Assembly: GCA_037379345.1 (NCBI GenBank)
Contig: CM074513.1
Coordinates: forward strand, 3,968,001-4,032,000
Length of the DNA: 64,000 nt
DNA from: Perna viridis
Lineage: Eukaryota
Direction: 5' to 3'
In this document: positions 51,901 to 64,000 of the stretch, piece after piece
Numbering within the stretch: the stretch's first letter is position 1
Layout: each line of letters begins with the position of its first letter
Notes under the pieces: generated by a model
The model's database searches: none
Told to the model about the DNA's origin: nothing
What the model saw: only the letters and a program-made list of their open reading frames with translations
Made by a program: the position numbers and the translations under genes

Positions 51901-54900
51901 AATATTCTGAAAATTTAGATTATCTAGTCCAATGCATCTGGCATCAAGACATTTTAACCCTATTTACTGCTGAACTTACATTCCCAATCAACAAGAACCT
52001 GTGGTTTATCCCATGTAGATTCCATAGACCTTGAGTTATAGAAGTAAGATCTTCCCTCTGCATTTTTATGTTCAGACCACTCAGCAACTTCTGCTGGCTT
52101 CGGTGGTAACTAAAATAATAAACAGCATTCTTCAAATAAAGTTCAAAATGCATTTATGACATTCTCTACATTGCATAGAAGTGGATCTTTTGTGATTTAG
52201 ATAAACATTTTATAATTACACATAAATCTTAACTTCATTTCATTTTTTTTATCTTTGAAACACCAATTTTACTTGTATCATTACTTGTTAATTTTCAAAC
52301 AAAAAACTTTGATGAAGTGCTATATATATATAAAAAATAGAATTTGCAGTTGTATTATGGAATGTCAACTAATGTTGAAGACAGTATTAAATGAAGTTTG
52401 ATTTATAAAACATAATTATGGAAGGCTAGTACTCTCAAAAGGTGTCCTAACATCTCCCTGATACAAGTAAATTAGGACAAAAAAAACATCACACAAGAAT
52501 AAGTTTATGGTTATTGTATGCTCTTGACAAAATACCTGGACAGTTGATGGTTTCTGTAATGATCCATCAGTTGGTGACTGTCCGTCCATCTGTACTGGGG
52601 TTGGCATCAAAGGCATTCCACCCTGCTGGGGCATTCCCATGGCTGTAATCAAATACAGTATTTATTTTCAATAAATTTTCTTAAGTTCCTTGCTTTTTTC
52701 CACTTACAAAGAATTTGCTATGCAACTTTTCCTTCCTGAAGCTGAAGTTTACAATAGTGGTGACACTTCTTAAATCATCTTAATATTTGAATTCCATATG
52801 AACTTTGAACCAACATATTGAAGATTTGTGATTTTGAAGCCATAATTTCAAATTTATGACAAACAGTCCAGATCATAAGTAAAACATTAGCATGAAGACT
52901 GCAAATTTACCTGATGGATCAGCAACTGTTTGTGGCTGAGATGTGGCATTTGCTGCAATTATAAAATACATTGTATAACTGATACAGTAAAACATGTTTG
53001 AAAAGAGACAATAAGATGGTCAAACATATTAAATGTATACAAATAAGACAGATATCCATGTACAAATGTACCATTATTCTCCCTAGGGCCTTTTAGCATC
53101 ATGGTAATGTAATGCTATCAAAACTGATTTTTCTTGATGTTATAATGTTAAAAATGTGATGCTACAATTTCAAAGGAAATGATGCAATCGAAGTTTTCTA
53201 GTAGATGCCATATGAATATTTTAGGGAGAACATTATGTATATGGTGTAACTGAACTTTGAAAAATATAAGTGTACATAATGTTAAGCATGACTTTGACAT
53301 TATTAAGTCTCTGATCTTGAACCCCAGTCCATGCAGTTAGTCACTAGCCCCGAGTCCAAGACTAGTAAAATAAATGAAGGATAGTAGAAATAGGATAAAA
53401 GTTTGCTTGAATATTTAGAGTAAATACTTGTAATTGAGCTTTGGGTAAGCAGCCTAAAAAAAAGGTACAGGATCATAGTTTAAGTAAACCAGTAAAAGTC
53501 TAAAAATGAAGGTCAAACTTTCTGTACCTTGAGCAACAGCATTTTGTGCTGCTGTAGTGGGTCCACTTTGGTTGGTAGTTGACGCTTGCTGCTGTGCTGC
53601 CATTTGCTCTACTTCCGACTGTGTAATGATCTTAACATTCTCAGGCTTCGTCCAGGCTGCTTCTCTTGTTTTGGCATTGTAATAATAGGCCTAAAGAAAA
53701 AGAAAAATACCAAGTAAGGTCTGGCATTCTGTAGATTTCAAGACTACAAAGATAAAACCCTCTTACAATAGATCATATAACCCCTAAAACCAACCCCAGC
53801 TTTCAATTTGTGGCAAGGAACTGTATGTCAAAATTTTATAGAGGACCACTGACGAATACTAAGGGATGGCACAAAAACTATGGTACCTATCTAAGGATGA
53901 TAGCAGCACTAACCATAAAATTTTGTGGTTGCAGAAAAATGAATGAGAAAGAGTATTATTGTGTCAAATAATAATTTTGTGTTTGAATATCATACCTTTC
54001 CTTCTGCTGTTTTAGTTTCAACCCAGAGTTCCTGTGATCCATCCATACCTGGTACACCAGGTGTTCCTTGTCCACCTGGAGGCATGAATCCTGGAGGGGG
54101 CATGTTGAAGTTAGGAGGAGGCATACCTGGAGGCATGCCAGGAGGCATCATGGGAGGAGGACGCTAAAAATAAAAATCATTTTTAAAATATTTACATTAC
54201 ATTAGCATCACTGCATGCTAATTATACTGATGTAAAATTTTGGAGTTTAAAATATAACATTCAATGTGAATATATTCTTGTAGCCATTATAACAGTACAC
54301 GTACCTAATATTAAGAATTATGAGTGCTGGTGATAAGGAAGTTTAGGATTTACTGTACATATCAGTAATTTCATTAGGAAAAGCCTGAACAAACACTTCT
54401 TATAACAATGACATTAAAAACTTAGTATCATGATAACTTTATGCAAATGTACAAATTTGTTTTAAATCTACCTACTCCCAAAATATGGTTTTGACCTACA
54501 GATGAGCATTATATTTCAGAAAATATAAATTGGATCTTACCATCCCAGGCATCATTCCTGGCTGTGGTGGCATTCCAGGCGGTGGGGGCATACCAGGGGG
54601 AGGTGGCATTCCTTGATAGTTCTGTGGAGGTGGTGGACCACCGGGTCCTCCAGGGTGAGGAGGTCCATAATTGGGATCAAATGGTGGTCGGCCATATGGC
54701 CCAGGTGGGCCTCTCATTCCTGGAGGTGGAGGTCCTCGCATTCCAGGTGGAGGTGGACCTCGCATCCCTGGTGGTGGGCCACGCATTCCTGGAGGTGGTC
54801 CCCTATAACCTCTTGGTGGAGGACCACCTGGTCCTCCAGGGCCTCTGAATGGAGGTGGGCCTCTAAAAAATACAAAAATCTCAAGTGTATAGGCACAACC

Positions 54901-57397
54901 AAATATATTTCAAGAAGTTATTGTCCAACAACCCTAATGACTACAAGCAATATTGACAAATTTAATTATGATCATATAAAAATACTTAACAAGAATTGCC
55001 TTCACCAATGAACGGGACGTGAAATCAGGCAATACAAAGCTAAAATATCATTCTCCTGTGGTGGATAGAGTTGGACAGATTGGGGAAAGTCCTGAGAATT
55101 AGGGGTAACCCCAATTTAAGTTTTTTTTACCTAATACAAAAATTAAAAGAAATTTGGGATGAGGATAACCCCAATATCAGGATTTTCTCCTTGAGTGTTA
55201 GAGAGGAATCCTGGTCATTCAGCCCACAATCCTGTCGCTTCCCCGAGTCATTTCGCCAGTATTTCTGTTCACTCTGAATCAACTTGCGAAAGAAGTCCTT
55301 TGTTTTTGTTTGAAATGAAATTGATTTAATGTTGTTTTACTTGCATTGTGTGATGACATCTTAACCTTTAACACCATTGTAATTTCATTTGATATATTGG
55401 TTTTATTCTTCCTTATATAGCACATCTTAATACAACATGTTTTTGGGGTTTTTCTTTCCCGATTATGTTACCTAATTAACTGGTACTTATAAATTTGACA
55501 CTGATTAATTATTTTAATCAGTTATATCACCTTTTAATTGTCATTTAATCTACTGTTATTCAAAATTTTTAAAATTTGATACTGATTTACTTATCAAGAT
55601 ATTTTTTGTTTTAAGTCACATACCACAAGTAAAAAATTCCCACCATCTGTGAAAATTTCCAAGAACTGAAATATTTACGGTATCTTTTCAAGTTAATCAG
55701 ACCTGCTAAAACTAAAAAAGATGTTTCTAGAGATGCCTGTAAGGGTAACAAATAGTGAAGTTCTTCTAATTTATAAACCACTTTGAAAACAAGGGGGCAC
55801 TGATACAATGCACCATATTTTCCAGGCTACAAGTCGATGTGGAGTATAAATTTAATTGCCTAATTTTGACCAAATTCGACGAAAAAATATAGATAAGTCG
55901 AATTTGCCAGATTAGTTGAGGGTCAGACATGTGCATTTATATCGTAAGTGTCAGCAGAGATCTGTGTTGAATGGTTTGTTTTTCGCTGCTTATTGTATCC
56001 AGCAGAGTTACTTTGTATAGTATTTCTAAATTAAATTACTATTTGTATTTTTGTTAAAGTGTACTTTGTCCGCAAGTTCAATTATTTTTTTTTTTTTATT
56101 AAATTACGTGCCAATTGCTCTGAAGCTTAAGATCATCAGATGTACGAAATCGAAAACATGTCAAGCGTTGGCACTCAGGGGTGAAATTAGTTTGACGAAT
56201 AGGTTAAAATTACTCCGGTTTGACTGTTTGGGTGACAACTTTCGTTGATTGCAGTTTGCCCCAAGTTTTGAATGAAAGCAATCATAAATGAACTAAACAA
56301 ATCTAATGAAATGCATTGTAGATGATCATTTTTTCTTGAAAAATCCTTATATAAGTCAAAATGGACGATAAGTCAAGGCTGGCCATTTCTTGAAAAAAAT
56401 ATTGACTTGAAGTCCCGAAAATACAGTATCTTTTCTAAAAAAAATGTTCAAAATTTGTGAAAAACAATTTTATACTTGTTGGAGACAACAGGGAGATAGT
56501 AGAAAGGATAATATAAGCGTGCAAATTGTAACATTAACAATTGTTAAAGTGTTGTTGTTTTTGTTGTTTGTTGGGGTTTAAAGTCCGAGCAGCAATATTT
56601 CAGCTATATTCAGACGATGAACATGAAATTGATGATAAAATGAAAAAGGGATGGGACACAAGGACAACAGGGTCGACAAATATTGATTGCCACTGGAAAT
56701 AGGGAGAGGTGGGTAGGGTCGGGCAATTTAGCCTCCTGTGGCGGAGCCCTATGGTTCCTACTCCGGGAGAATACCACAGTAGGGTTATTTAAAATGCGAG
56801 GAATGTGGCATTTTTCCCAATACGGTGCACCACTATGGTTTGCGGTCAGGTTTTCCTTTATATAGCCTGACAACCCCAGCATGTAACATGCCAGGGGTAC
56901 CCCATTCCACCACCTGGGGCACACATCCCAGTTGATCTGTGGGCAGAGCGCCCTAGCCCCCGGCTAGGATTCTGAGCACTATTTAGTTGCCTTTTACGAC
57001 AAGCTTAGCGCTGCTGCAGGCCTATTCTTTTGACACCCGGACCTGCACGGGTCTTGTTAAAGTGGATAACCAAATCTTCGCAGTATTGAAATTAGTTCAC
57101 ATTCAATACATATCTAATGATGATTAAATTGGAGGGCGAGCATTAGCATAGTTACTAAGCCGACATGCGAATTTGATCTACAACTAGCAAAATGACCGCG
57201 GCCGTGGGCATGGCGAGATCAATTTTAAGTTAGTAAACTACAATCTGACTATACCTGGGACCTCTCATATAACCCCTTCCTCGTGGCGGACCACTGTAAC
57301 TGTTGCCTCTATGCGATCTGTATTCTCTATCCCCATTTTCTCTTGGTCCATCTTCCTGTGGTTCCTGTTCTGGCGTAGCTGTGCGATCGTCGGCCAT
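39952..57397 (-). CDS. TCERG1: Transcription elongation regulator 1 (CA150): Pro-rich N-terminus, 3 WW domains and FF repeats, ~985 aa
   Basis: Minus-strand exons: 57397-57255, 54862-54541, 54163-53996, 53690-53528, 52952-52911, 52642-52536, 52109-51980, 51681-51545, 51389-51292, 50979-50852, (candidate microexon 50757-50743), 50380-50332, 50142-49974, 48299-48091, 47767-47617, 43869-43702, 43078-42878, 42494-42315, 42018-41929, 41467-41367, 40784-40724, 40092-39952 (2958 nt without the microexon). Motifs: PGMRGPPP repeats, [67 protein letters not shown]-terminus [17 protein letters not shown]. Confidence 0.96.
48553..49509. mobile_element. Non-autonomous hAT-like DNA transposon with 14-bp TIRs and a 6-bp TSD
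   Basis: CATTAT|CAGACCCATCGAAA ... TTTCGATGGGTCTG|CATTAT. Subterminal TGTCCG/GTCAGAC repeats; internal acidic ORF remnant at 48847-49149. Confidence 0.85.
49936..49957. repeat. (GT)n microsatellite
   Basis: TGTGTGTGTGTGTGTGCGTGT. Other short microsatellites: (AAT)n ~30451-30476 and (ATTC)n ~33272-33291. Confidence 0.8.
55811..56428. mobile_element. Pogo/Tigger-like (Tc1/mariner) MITE remnant
   Basis: Ends CACCATATTTTCCAGGCTACAAGTCG / TTGACTTGAAGTCCCGAAAATACAGTA with internal ATAAGTC repeats. Confidence 0.55.
56552..57053 (-). mobile_element. Full-length non-autonomous retroelement (SINE-like, non-tRNA structured head) in TCERG1 intron 1
   Basis: 11-bp TSD TTGTTAAAGTG at 56541-56551 and 57054-57064. 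Minus-strand 3' end ATATAGCTGAAATATTGCTG..TTTAAAC followed by a (CAA)n-like tail. GC-rich structured 5' head. Confidence 0.88.
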
Positions 57398-57479
57398 CTT
57401 TCCTTGTCGCTGGCGTTTTGTGGCTTGCTTGTATTAGTTCAATTGTACACGCCGGTTTCAGGGCATGTAGGGTACATTG

Positions 57480-57883
57480 TTAAGTAGTACTCTAACTAAG
57501 AATCATGCAAAAATCTGATTCATGGGTGAAAAGCCTACATATTTTGATATGTGATATTTTGTTTGAAATGCCATCCCACACAGAAATTAATATTCGGTTT
57601 TTCATATAACACATGCTCTTAGGAGATAAAAATTATATAGAATGCACTGTAGATTTCAAAACTAAAGGAGATAACTCTGTAGATGACACTCAAATAAAAT
57701 AGAATCTATTGGAATTTCAATGTTGATTATATCCTAAGAGCAGGCAGGTTTGAATGAATAATTACAAATTTCATAATATAGACCCATAAATCAACTTCAT
57801 ATCAAATATAAAAATATGTAGCTTTTTTTAGGTGTATTGCATTTTACAGAATTTGCATGACTCTTACAAAGACTACTACCTAA
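57480..57883. mobile_element. TIR element (Kolobok-like MITE) directly upstream of TCERG1
   Basis: AAGTAGTACTCT..TAAGAATCATGCAAA / TTTGCATGACTCTTA..AGACTACTACCTAA. The interior is the reverse complement of a related copy at ~34060-34260. Confidence 0.65.
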
Positions 57884-58059
57884 TTTTTAATAAATTTAAT
57901 TAGCGCTATGAAATTTAATTAACACTATAACTAGCAACGTCAATAATCCCAGGACGAATTGTCGACTATCGTAAATCTGCATCGATTGGTTAGTGAAAAT
58001 TTGGGTGTACTAAATATCGCATTTTTGAAGTTTACAGAGATTGGGTCTATGAAAAACTA

Positions 58060-58810
58060 AACTAAAAATTTTGTTAATACATTTTGAGATTGTCCAAAGC
58101 AACAAATATTGCCGTTTTATCAGAACTTGGAATACTTCCACTATACTGGGACCTTATAACACAGATATTCATGGATTGGTATAGACTTGAGATCTGACCA
58201 TCAGAGCATTTGAAATCTGTATACAATGGAGACAAATGAAAGAAAATTTATGGTATTCCAACATTATCTTCCCGATCAGAAAATTGGACATAGATTTGAC
58301 AATTTGAAAATGCATTAGCATTTAGAATGTTATTGATCAAAAAGAGAATAAAAGATTTTTTTTAAATATTGGGATATGATATTAAAAAATCTTATAACCA
58401 GGACCATGGAAAACTTAATACATACTTCAAGTTTAAAACAACCTCTGAATTTGAATGCTTTTAAGATATTAAGAATCAAGAAAAGCGTAAAAAAATCGAA
58501 TAAGTAATCACTCACTCAGAATAGAAACTGGATGCCACGAGAGGAAAATAAACGACTTGGGCAAGCAAGAGATTTTTCCTCGCAGTGAAAGAGTCTGTCA
58601 AAATGCCGTTAATTGTATCGGAGACGAATTACACTTTATGTGTATTTGCCCCAGTATGATTTGAACAGAAAAATATTCAATGAAAAGTTATATACAACTT
58701 GTCCAAATCTACGTTTTAACCATGAAATGCTGTTTATCTGAACTTTAACCACTGGAAAAAAATTGAAGTTCTAACTTTCCTAGATGATTATTTGGAATCA
58801 AATTTGACAA
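58060..58810 (+). mobile_element. Decayed 3' end of a non-LTR retrotransposon (C-terminal Cys/His domain)
   Basis: Broken frames give KFC*YILRLSKATNIAVLSELGILPL and SNHSLRIETG..ERVC....IGDELHFMCICP, typical LINE ORF2 C-terminal motifs. Confidence 0.7.
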
Positions 58811-60545
58811 AAGAAAGTTGTAAAATGCTTGGCTAGCATTATACGCAGACCATATGTGCAGGTATCTTGAATGGCTCTTCTATGTATACTCTTACCGTGA
58901 TATCATTTTTTTTCTCTTTTTCTAAAATTATACGAATCAAATTAATGCACATAAGGTAAGAATGTTTGTGGTACTGTATGTCGTTATTTGTGGACTACGT
59001 TGCGTCACACTCTTCGTAGCGAAAAACAGAACGGGGGGGGGGGGAGGGTGTCAGCATTACACGGTGCAGGCGTGCAACAACAGTTTTCAGGTACAGGTCT
59101 GGAACTTTTTATTCTATGCTGTGAAATGAACATTTTGTCACAAAATAATGGTATCCATTTCTTCAAGAGTCTTTGGGCTTCCAAAACATACATTTTTTAT
59201 ATAAATATATCTAAAATAAAGGCTTGAATTGGTCGGATTTTCACGGTCAAAATGCTGTTTCAGAAAAAAAAACAATCCGCATCAAAAGGCAAAACAACTC
59301 ACTAATAAAGAATCTGTAATTCATAGACAATCTAAGTTCATATTCTATTGATGATTTTATACTAGCATTTTGTTGGATAAAACCATCCAGTTTTTAAAAA
59401 ATATCAAATCATGTTTATCGTTTTCACCTTTTGTTTATTCTTATATGTTACTTGAGTATATAGGGGCAACTCTTTTGCTGTATCTGTGTATAATGATGTT
59501 TTGGGGCCAGCTGCAGCATGCCCTGTGGTATGAGAGTTTCCTCGTCGTTCACTGAAGACAAATGGGTGGTCTTGGAGTAGCTGACATTTTCATCCCAGTG
59601 GGGTTGTTGTCCCTTTGACATATATACCATATCTATTCTCGTTCTATCATGTACGGTGAAGAATTACTACGGTTAGAATTACACAGAGGAATGATCAGCA
59701 GATGTCGGAAAAATTGCTAAATACCGGTGAAATGGAAGAAAATATGAATTTTTGAAAATTACCCTTTTTATGAAAAACTCATTATTGTCACATTGAAACT
59801 GAAAAATACGTGTCAGAAATTAGCAGATATGTTGGATACATCGATAATTAAAACACCTGTACTCAACATGTCTATTATACACAGTTTATATGCTAATAAT
59901 TGATATTTTGGTAAATATTGTGGTAGTTTTTTCATGGGTAGGGGTAGCAATTTTTCTCCTAACTTGACTTGGAAAAGTTAAAATATTATTTGCTTGTATG
60001 GGTTCAGTTAAGAGACATTCGGCTACAATTTAATACTTATATATGTCAATTAACTTCATTTTGTAGAAAGAAGAAGTTCGAAGAAGTATAAAAAGTAGTC
60101 AAAAAAAAACAAAAATGCCTCAGTTTCTTTTTTTAAAATGATCCGTAAATGGAATGTGTAAGGGTAACTGAAAATCATATTTTGGTTTATGAGTGGGGGT
60201 GCAAGGGGTTTATCTCAGCCTACGTACTATAGGTGGCTGAAGATCTGAACAAATGTGGGACTTGACCATTTTCATGTGTAAAATTGACCAAAAAAATGGT
60301 AAATAACCCCCCCTTTTTTTCTGAGAAACCCTGGCTTGCACGTGTCTGCATCCGCCCCTGATACGTTACCCGATATGGATTAGTGTCATACAAGTCATGA
60401 ATTTCTGTAAACCTACTATTTGCCAAGTTGTCTCGCAGTCCCTAAATTGGTGGCTTCTGTCCGGTTTTTCAATTGAGAATCCATGTATAGCCCTATATTT
60501 TCAATGAGGGGATTGTGGTGGCCATGGGGTTAAGTTTAAATGGTT

Positions 60546-60776
60546 TCAGTCATGTATTTTTAACACCCCGATTCGAGTTCTATGGAATGGGGCATAGTCG
60601 TTTTCCAGAAAGGGTCTAGCAACAAGTGATGGGTGGTTGTCAACAATGCTAATATATTGTGCGGCATTTATTGTATTTCTAACACCACATAAAGGTCCGA
60701 TCCCATGATAGCATATCATACACAATTTACCCAGGCCATCAAACGGCGTATAACACAAATTCAAAATAGTAAACAC
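60546..60776 (-). mobile_element. Tc1-like transposase remnant
   Basis: GIGPL....TINAAQYISIVDNH...ENDYAPFHR resembles the Tc1 G.G.L....TMN...Y..IL...QDNAP.H segment. Confidence 0.55.
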
Positions 60777-62700
60777 AGATTCATAATTGTACAGTGCTAC
60801 TTTTTAGGGTTATCAGAAAAAGCCCTGAAACGGCATCAGCCAGGAGGATGGGCATCAGCTAGCACAGGCGGATCAAGAATTTTCGAAAGGGAGGCGCTGT
60901 TTGCTTACTTGTTTAAGGAGGGGGCCATTATGACAGTTTTTTTTAATTTTCAATATATATTCAACCTTAGACCTTTACTTAATATGTGATTATATGAGCT
61001 CCCTCATAGCAAGATGGACTCAAAACGCTGACTTTAGAGGATGATGCAGACGGGAGAAGCATAGTAACCAATTATGCACATTAACAAATACCTTTCAGTT
61101 CCAAATTCAGGATGTACATTTCATAAACACCTGCTATACATATGCAAAATTAGCGAAAAAAATAAAAAATTCTTTATTTTCTTTATTTGCAACTTTAGCA
61201 GAAAAAATTAATCCCTTTTTTCTTTATCAACCATTTACGTAAAGAAAATGAACAACTACAATTGGTCTGCTAAAAAGTTTCTAAAGGTTTGCAATTTATT
61301 ATTAAATGAAATTCGTTTTAAACTTCAGCATTACATAATGGTCAAATCCTTTGACCAAGGGCCAATTTGTGTATCGTCCTCTTTTAATATTAAAATAACT
61401 AAATATTAGATATCCTGATTCTAATAAATGCAGGGACGCGAGTTCTGTCAAGGTTGGTTAAAGGAGATTTTTCCATCATATCATTTTTTTTTAAATGTTC
61501 CCAGTTTTTTTTTCTTTCCAGAAGATCTACTTTCATCATCAAATAACAAGATTTTCCAATATGATATATAGTTATCCTCATTTAAAAAAATGCATGGGTT
61601 AGCTTGCTTGATTTTTCCAAACATGTCCAAAGTTTATCTAGCCTGAAAATGTTTCAAAAATTTGAACTGTGTGTAATGTGTAAATTATCAAAGTAAGACT
61701 TTTCAGGGGCAGACATGCATCTAAGAAAAAAGTGGTGCTGGAACATTATTTTTCATTTTTGTAATTTTTTCAAATGAAAATGACAAATTTTCCAATAAAA
61801 AGGAACCCCCTGCACCCTCCCACAGAATATAAGTCACCGCTTTATATAAGACAATTATCATCAAGCTGAATCAGCCAACAGTGGCTATAGATGAAATAGA
61901 TAGGGAAAATAATCCAAACTATGACAAAGCCACTAAATAGAAGGGCTAAAATGTTCATTTCTGGATTCCAAACACTTAAAGTGAGTTTGTTTAAGGAATT
62001 CAAGCACCACACCTCAGAGCAATATGTAACCAGGTCTTGGAATGCATAGATATCTCTACCAAAAGACGTGAAACGTTATAACGTACCACTATCTATCAGT
62101 TAAGTGATGTGTCTTGTGACATTGACCGTAGGGATTACGCCGGTTTTCCTAATCAAGCATTAATTTATGCCCATCTTCGAACAACGAAAACGTTCATCGG
62201 CACCATCAACAATGATCAGAGTGGAGTTTTTATGTCATATTGAGTGGCAAATACAACTAACAATGTCATTTCCGAATTAATGCATAAAATAATTTTATTT
62301 TTAATAACCTGGTACTGATAACGCCAAAATTATTTCCCAGTTCACAAACTACTTGCCTAATCGAAATTTACTACAGACGATTCACTCGAATATGCAAGGA
62401 ACCAGAAGCAACAGTCATCAGTGATCATGTGACAATTTATGTTCCCTGTAAATAGATGTTCTGAGATTTACAAACGAGAGTGAATAGTGTGTAGTCTATA
62501 GTAACAAGAACATTGATACGATAATTCTGTAAATGAATACGCACATACCATATACTATATTTTGTCATTATAGTGTAAAACCGTCTTTGTTGGTGTATGA
62601 TTTGTTAATTGTTTGTTTCACTTGTCATTACCACATATAATTACGTGCTTCCACCTGTTGCTGTCCAATCTATACAGACTATCTAACTCAATTATTTTAA

Positions 62701-63063
<363 letters not shown>

Positions 63064-63167
63064 TGAAAATGAAATGGATGTGTTAGGAGCATGAATGCAT
63101 TTGAATTTCAGAAAAAAAATAAGATACAATCTTGCAATTTGATCTTTTTATTGGACAGAATTTGCAG

Positions 63168-63315
63168 AAAAAGGAAATCAAGGGAACCAGGATTGGAATG
63201 ATAATAAAAAAAAACTAGACAAAGAAAACACACACACACACACATCAAAGGACATGAAATAACCAAAATAATATGCACATAGGTACCAAAGTGAAAAGGT
63301 GAAATTAACCTGAAA
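63168..63315 (-). mobile_element. 3'-terminal fragment of the Penelope-like family, antisense in PI4K2 intron 1
   Basis: AATCAAGGGAACCA is the reverse complement of the shared terminus TGGTTCCCTTGATT, followed by related T/G-rich tail sequence. Confidence 0.55.
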
Positions 63316-63718
63316 TATAAGTTGAATTTCATATAATTCCCAAACTACAATATAGTCTGCGATCTCCTGGTCCCACTTTTCACATGTTCTGTTGTGACAT
63401 CATATAGTCATATATGAATCCACATATAATTGTTTCTTTTCTATTAATACATGTAAGGAATGTACTTTCAGAGAACTTGCAGGCATGTATCATAATGATA
63501 AATTGTTTAAAGATCTGAAGAAAAAGATTACATTTAAGATACTAGTCACACAGTTATGTATCTCCATTTTGTTAAAAAAAGATGATATGATATTCTTAGA
63601 ATAGTGTAAGACAAAAATTGACAAAATTAATTGTGTGTTTCCTATTCAGGCTTGATTTTCTGCTGCTTATAAAAGTGGAATTCCATTTTTTCAACTCCAG
63701 ATTTTTTTATTATAATTC

Positions 63719-63830
63719 TTTTTTAGCTCACCTGGTCGTCGTCATCGTCTGTCGTCGTCATTGACAATTATACAAAACTCTTCTCCCCTGAAACTTCTTG
63801 ACTGATTAGAACCAAACTTGGTATAAAGGC
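63719..63830 (+). mobile_element. Helentron/Helitron-type non-autonomous element start
   Basis: TTTTTTAGCTCACCTG followed by (GTC)n and TCTTCTC..GAAAC..AACCAAACTTGG, a common bivalve HINE head. Confidence 0.55.
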
Positions 63831-64000
63831 TAGAAACCTCTAATTCCACTTCCCATAGGCTTTTATGCTAATTTCACAATATTCAATGGCTTCTCTGGAC
63901 TTTACCTTAACTTTAACCTGCAGAGGACTATATATCAGCATGATTCTACATATGTCAGCTCACAATCCTCAGAATGGCATGTGGGGTTAACAGACTTGCA

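Noticed and set aside
54564-55011. Plus-strand ORFs rich in Trp/Arg or Val
   Set aside because: Antisense shadows of the Pro/Gly-rich TCERG1 exon; the same applies to 47519-47845, 48156-48440, 49935-50166 and 53943-54167.
56710-56800. HDV-like ribozyme on the plus strand (GCC TCCTGT GGC)
   Set aside because: P1 pairing is weak, no catalytic C-containing J4/2 is evident, and it is antisense to the element's transcribed strand.

Overview
AT-rich, intron-rich animal genomic DNA; the repeat landscape suggests a bivalve mollusc, probably oyster-like (inference). Four protein-coding genes can be reconstructed from splice sites and protein motifs. (1) The first two coding exons of a myoferlin/dysferlin-type ferlin (minus strand, running off the left end). 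(2) A complete insulin-degrading enzyme gene (IDE, plus strand, 27 coding exons from ATG 12048, about 987 aa, HFCEH motif, C-terminal SKL). (3) A complete TCERG1/CA150 gene (minus strand, 21-22 coding exons, about 985 aa), convergent with IDE. (4) The first coding exon of a type II PI4-kinase (plus strand, running off the right end). Introns and spacers carry Penelope-like retroelement copies, SINEs, hAT/Kolobok/Tc1-type MITEs, Helentron-type elements and three minisatellites. The most unusual item is a 62-bp tandem array in IDE built from the splice acceptor plus the first ~48 nt of one coding exon, which places 7 decoy acceptors in front of the real one. Also notable: a TSD-flanked non-tRNA retroelement in TCERG1 intron 1 with a pseudoknotted 5' head, two different minisatellites that share modules in opposite relative orientation, and candidate poison-splicing elements in the longest TCERG1 intron. 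All coordinates and translations were read by eye.
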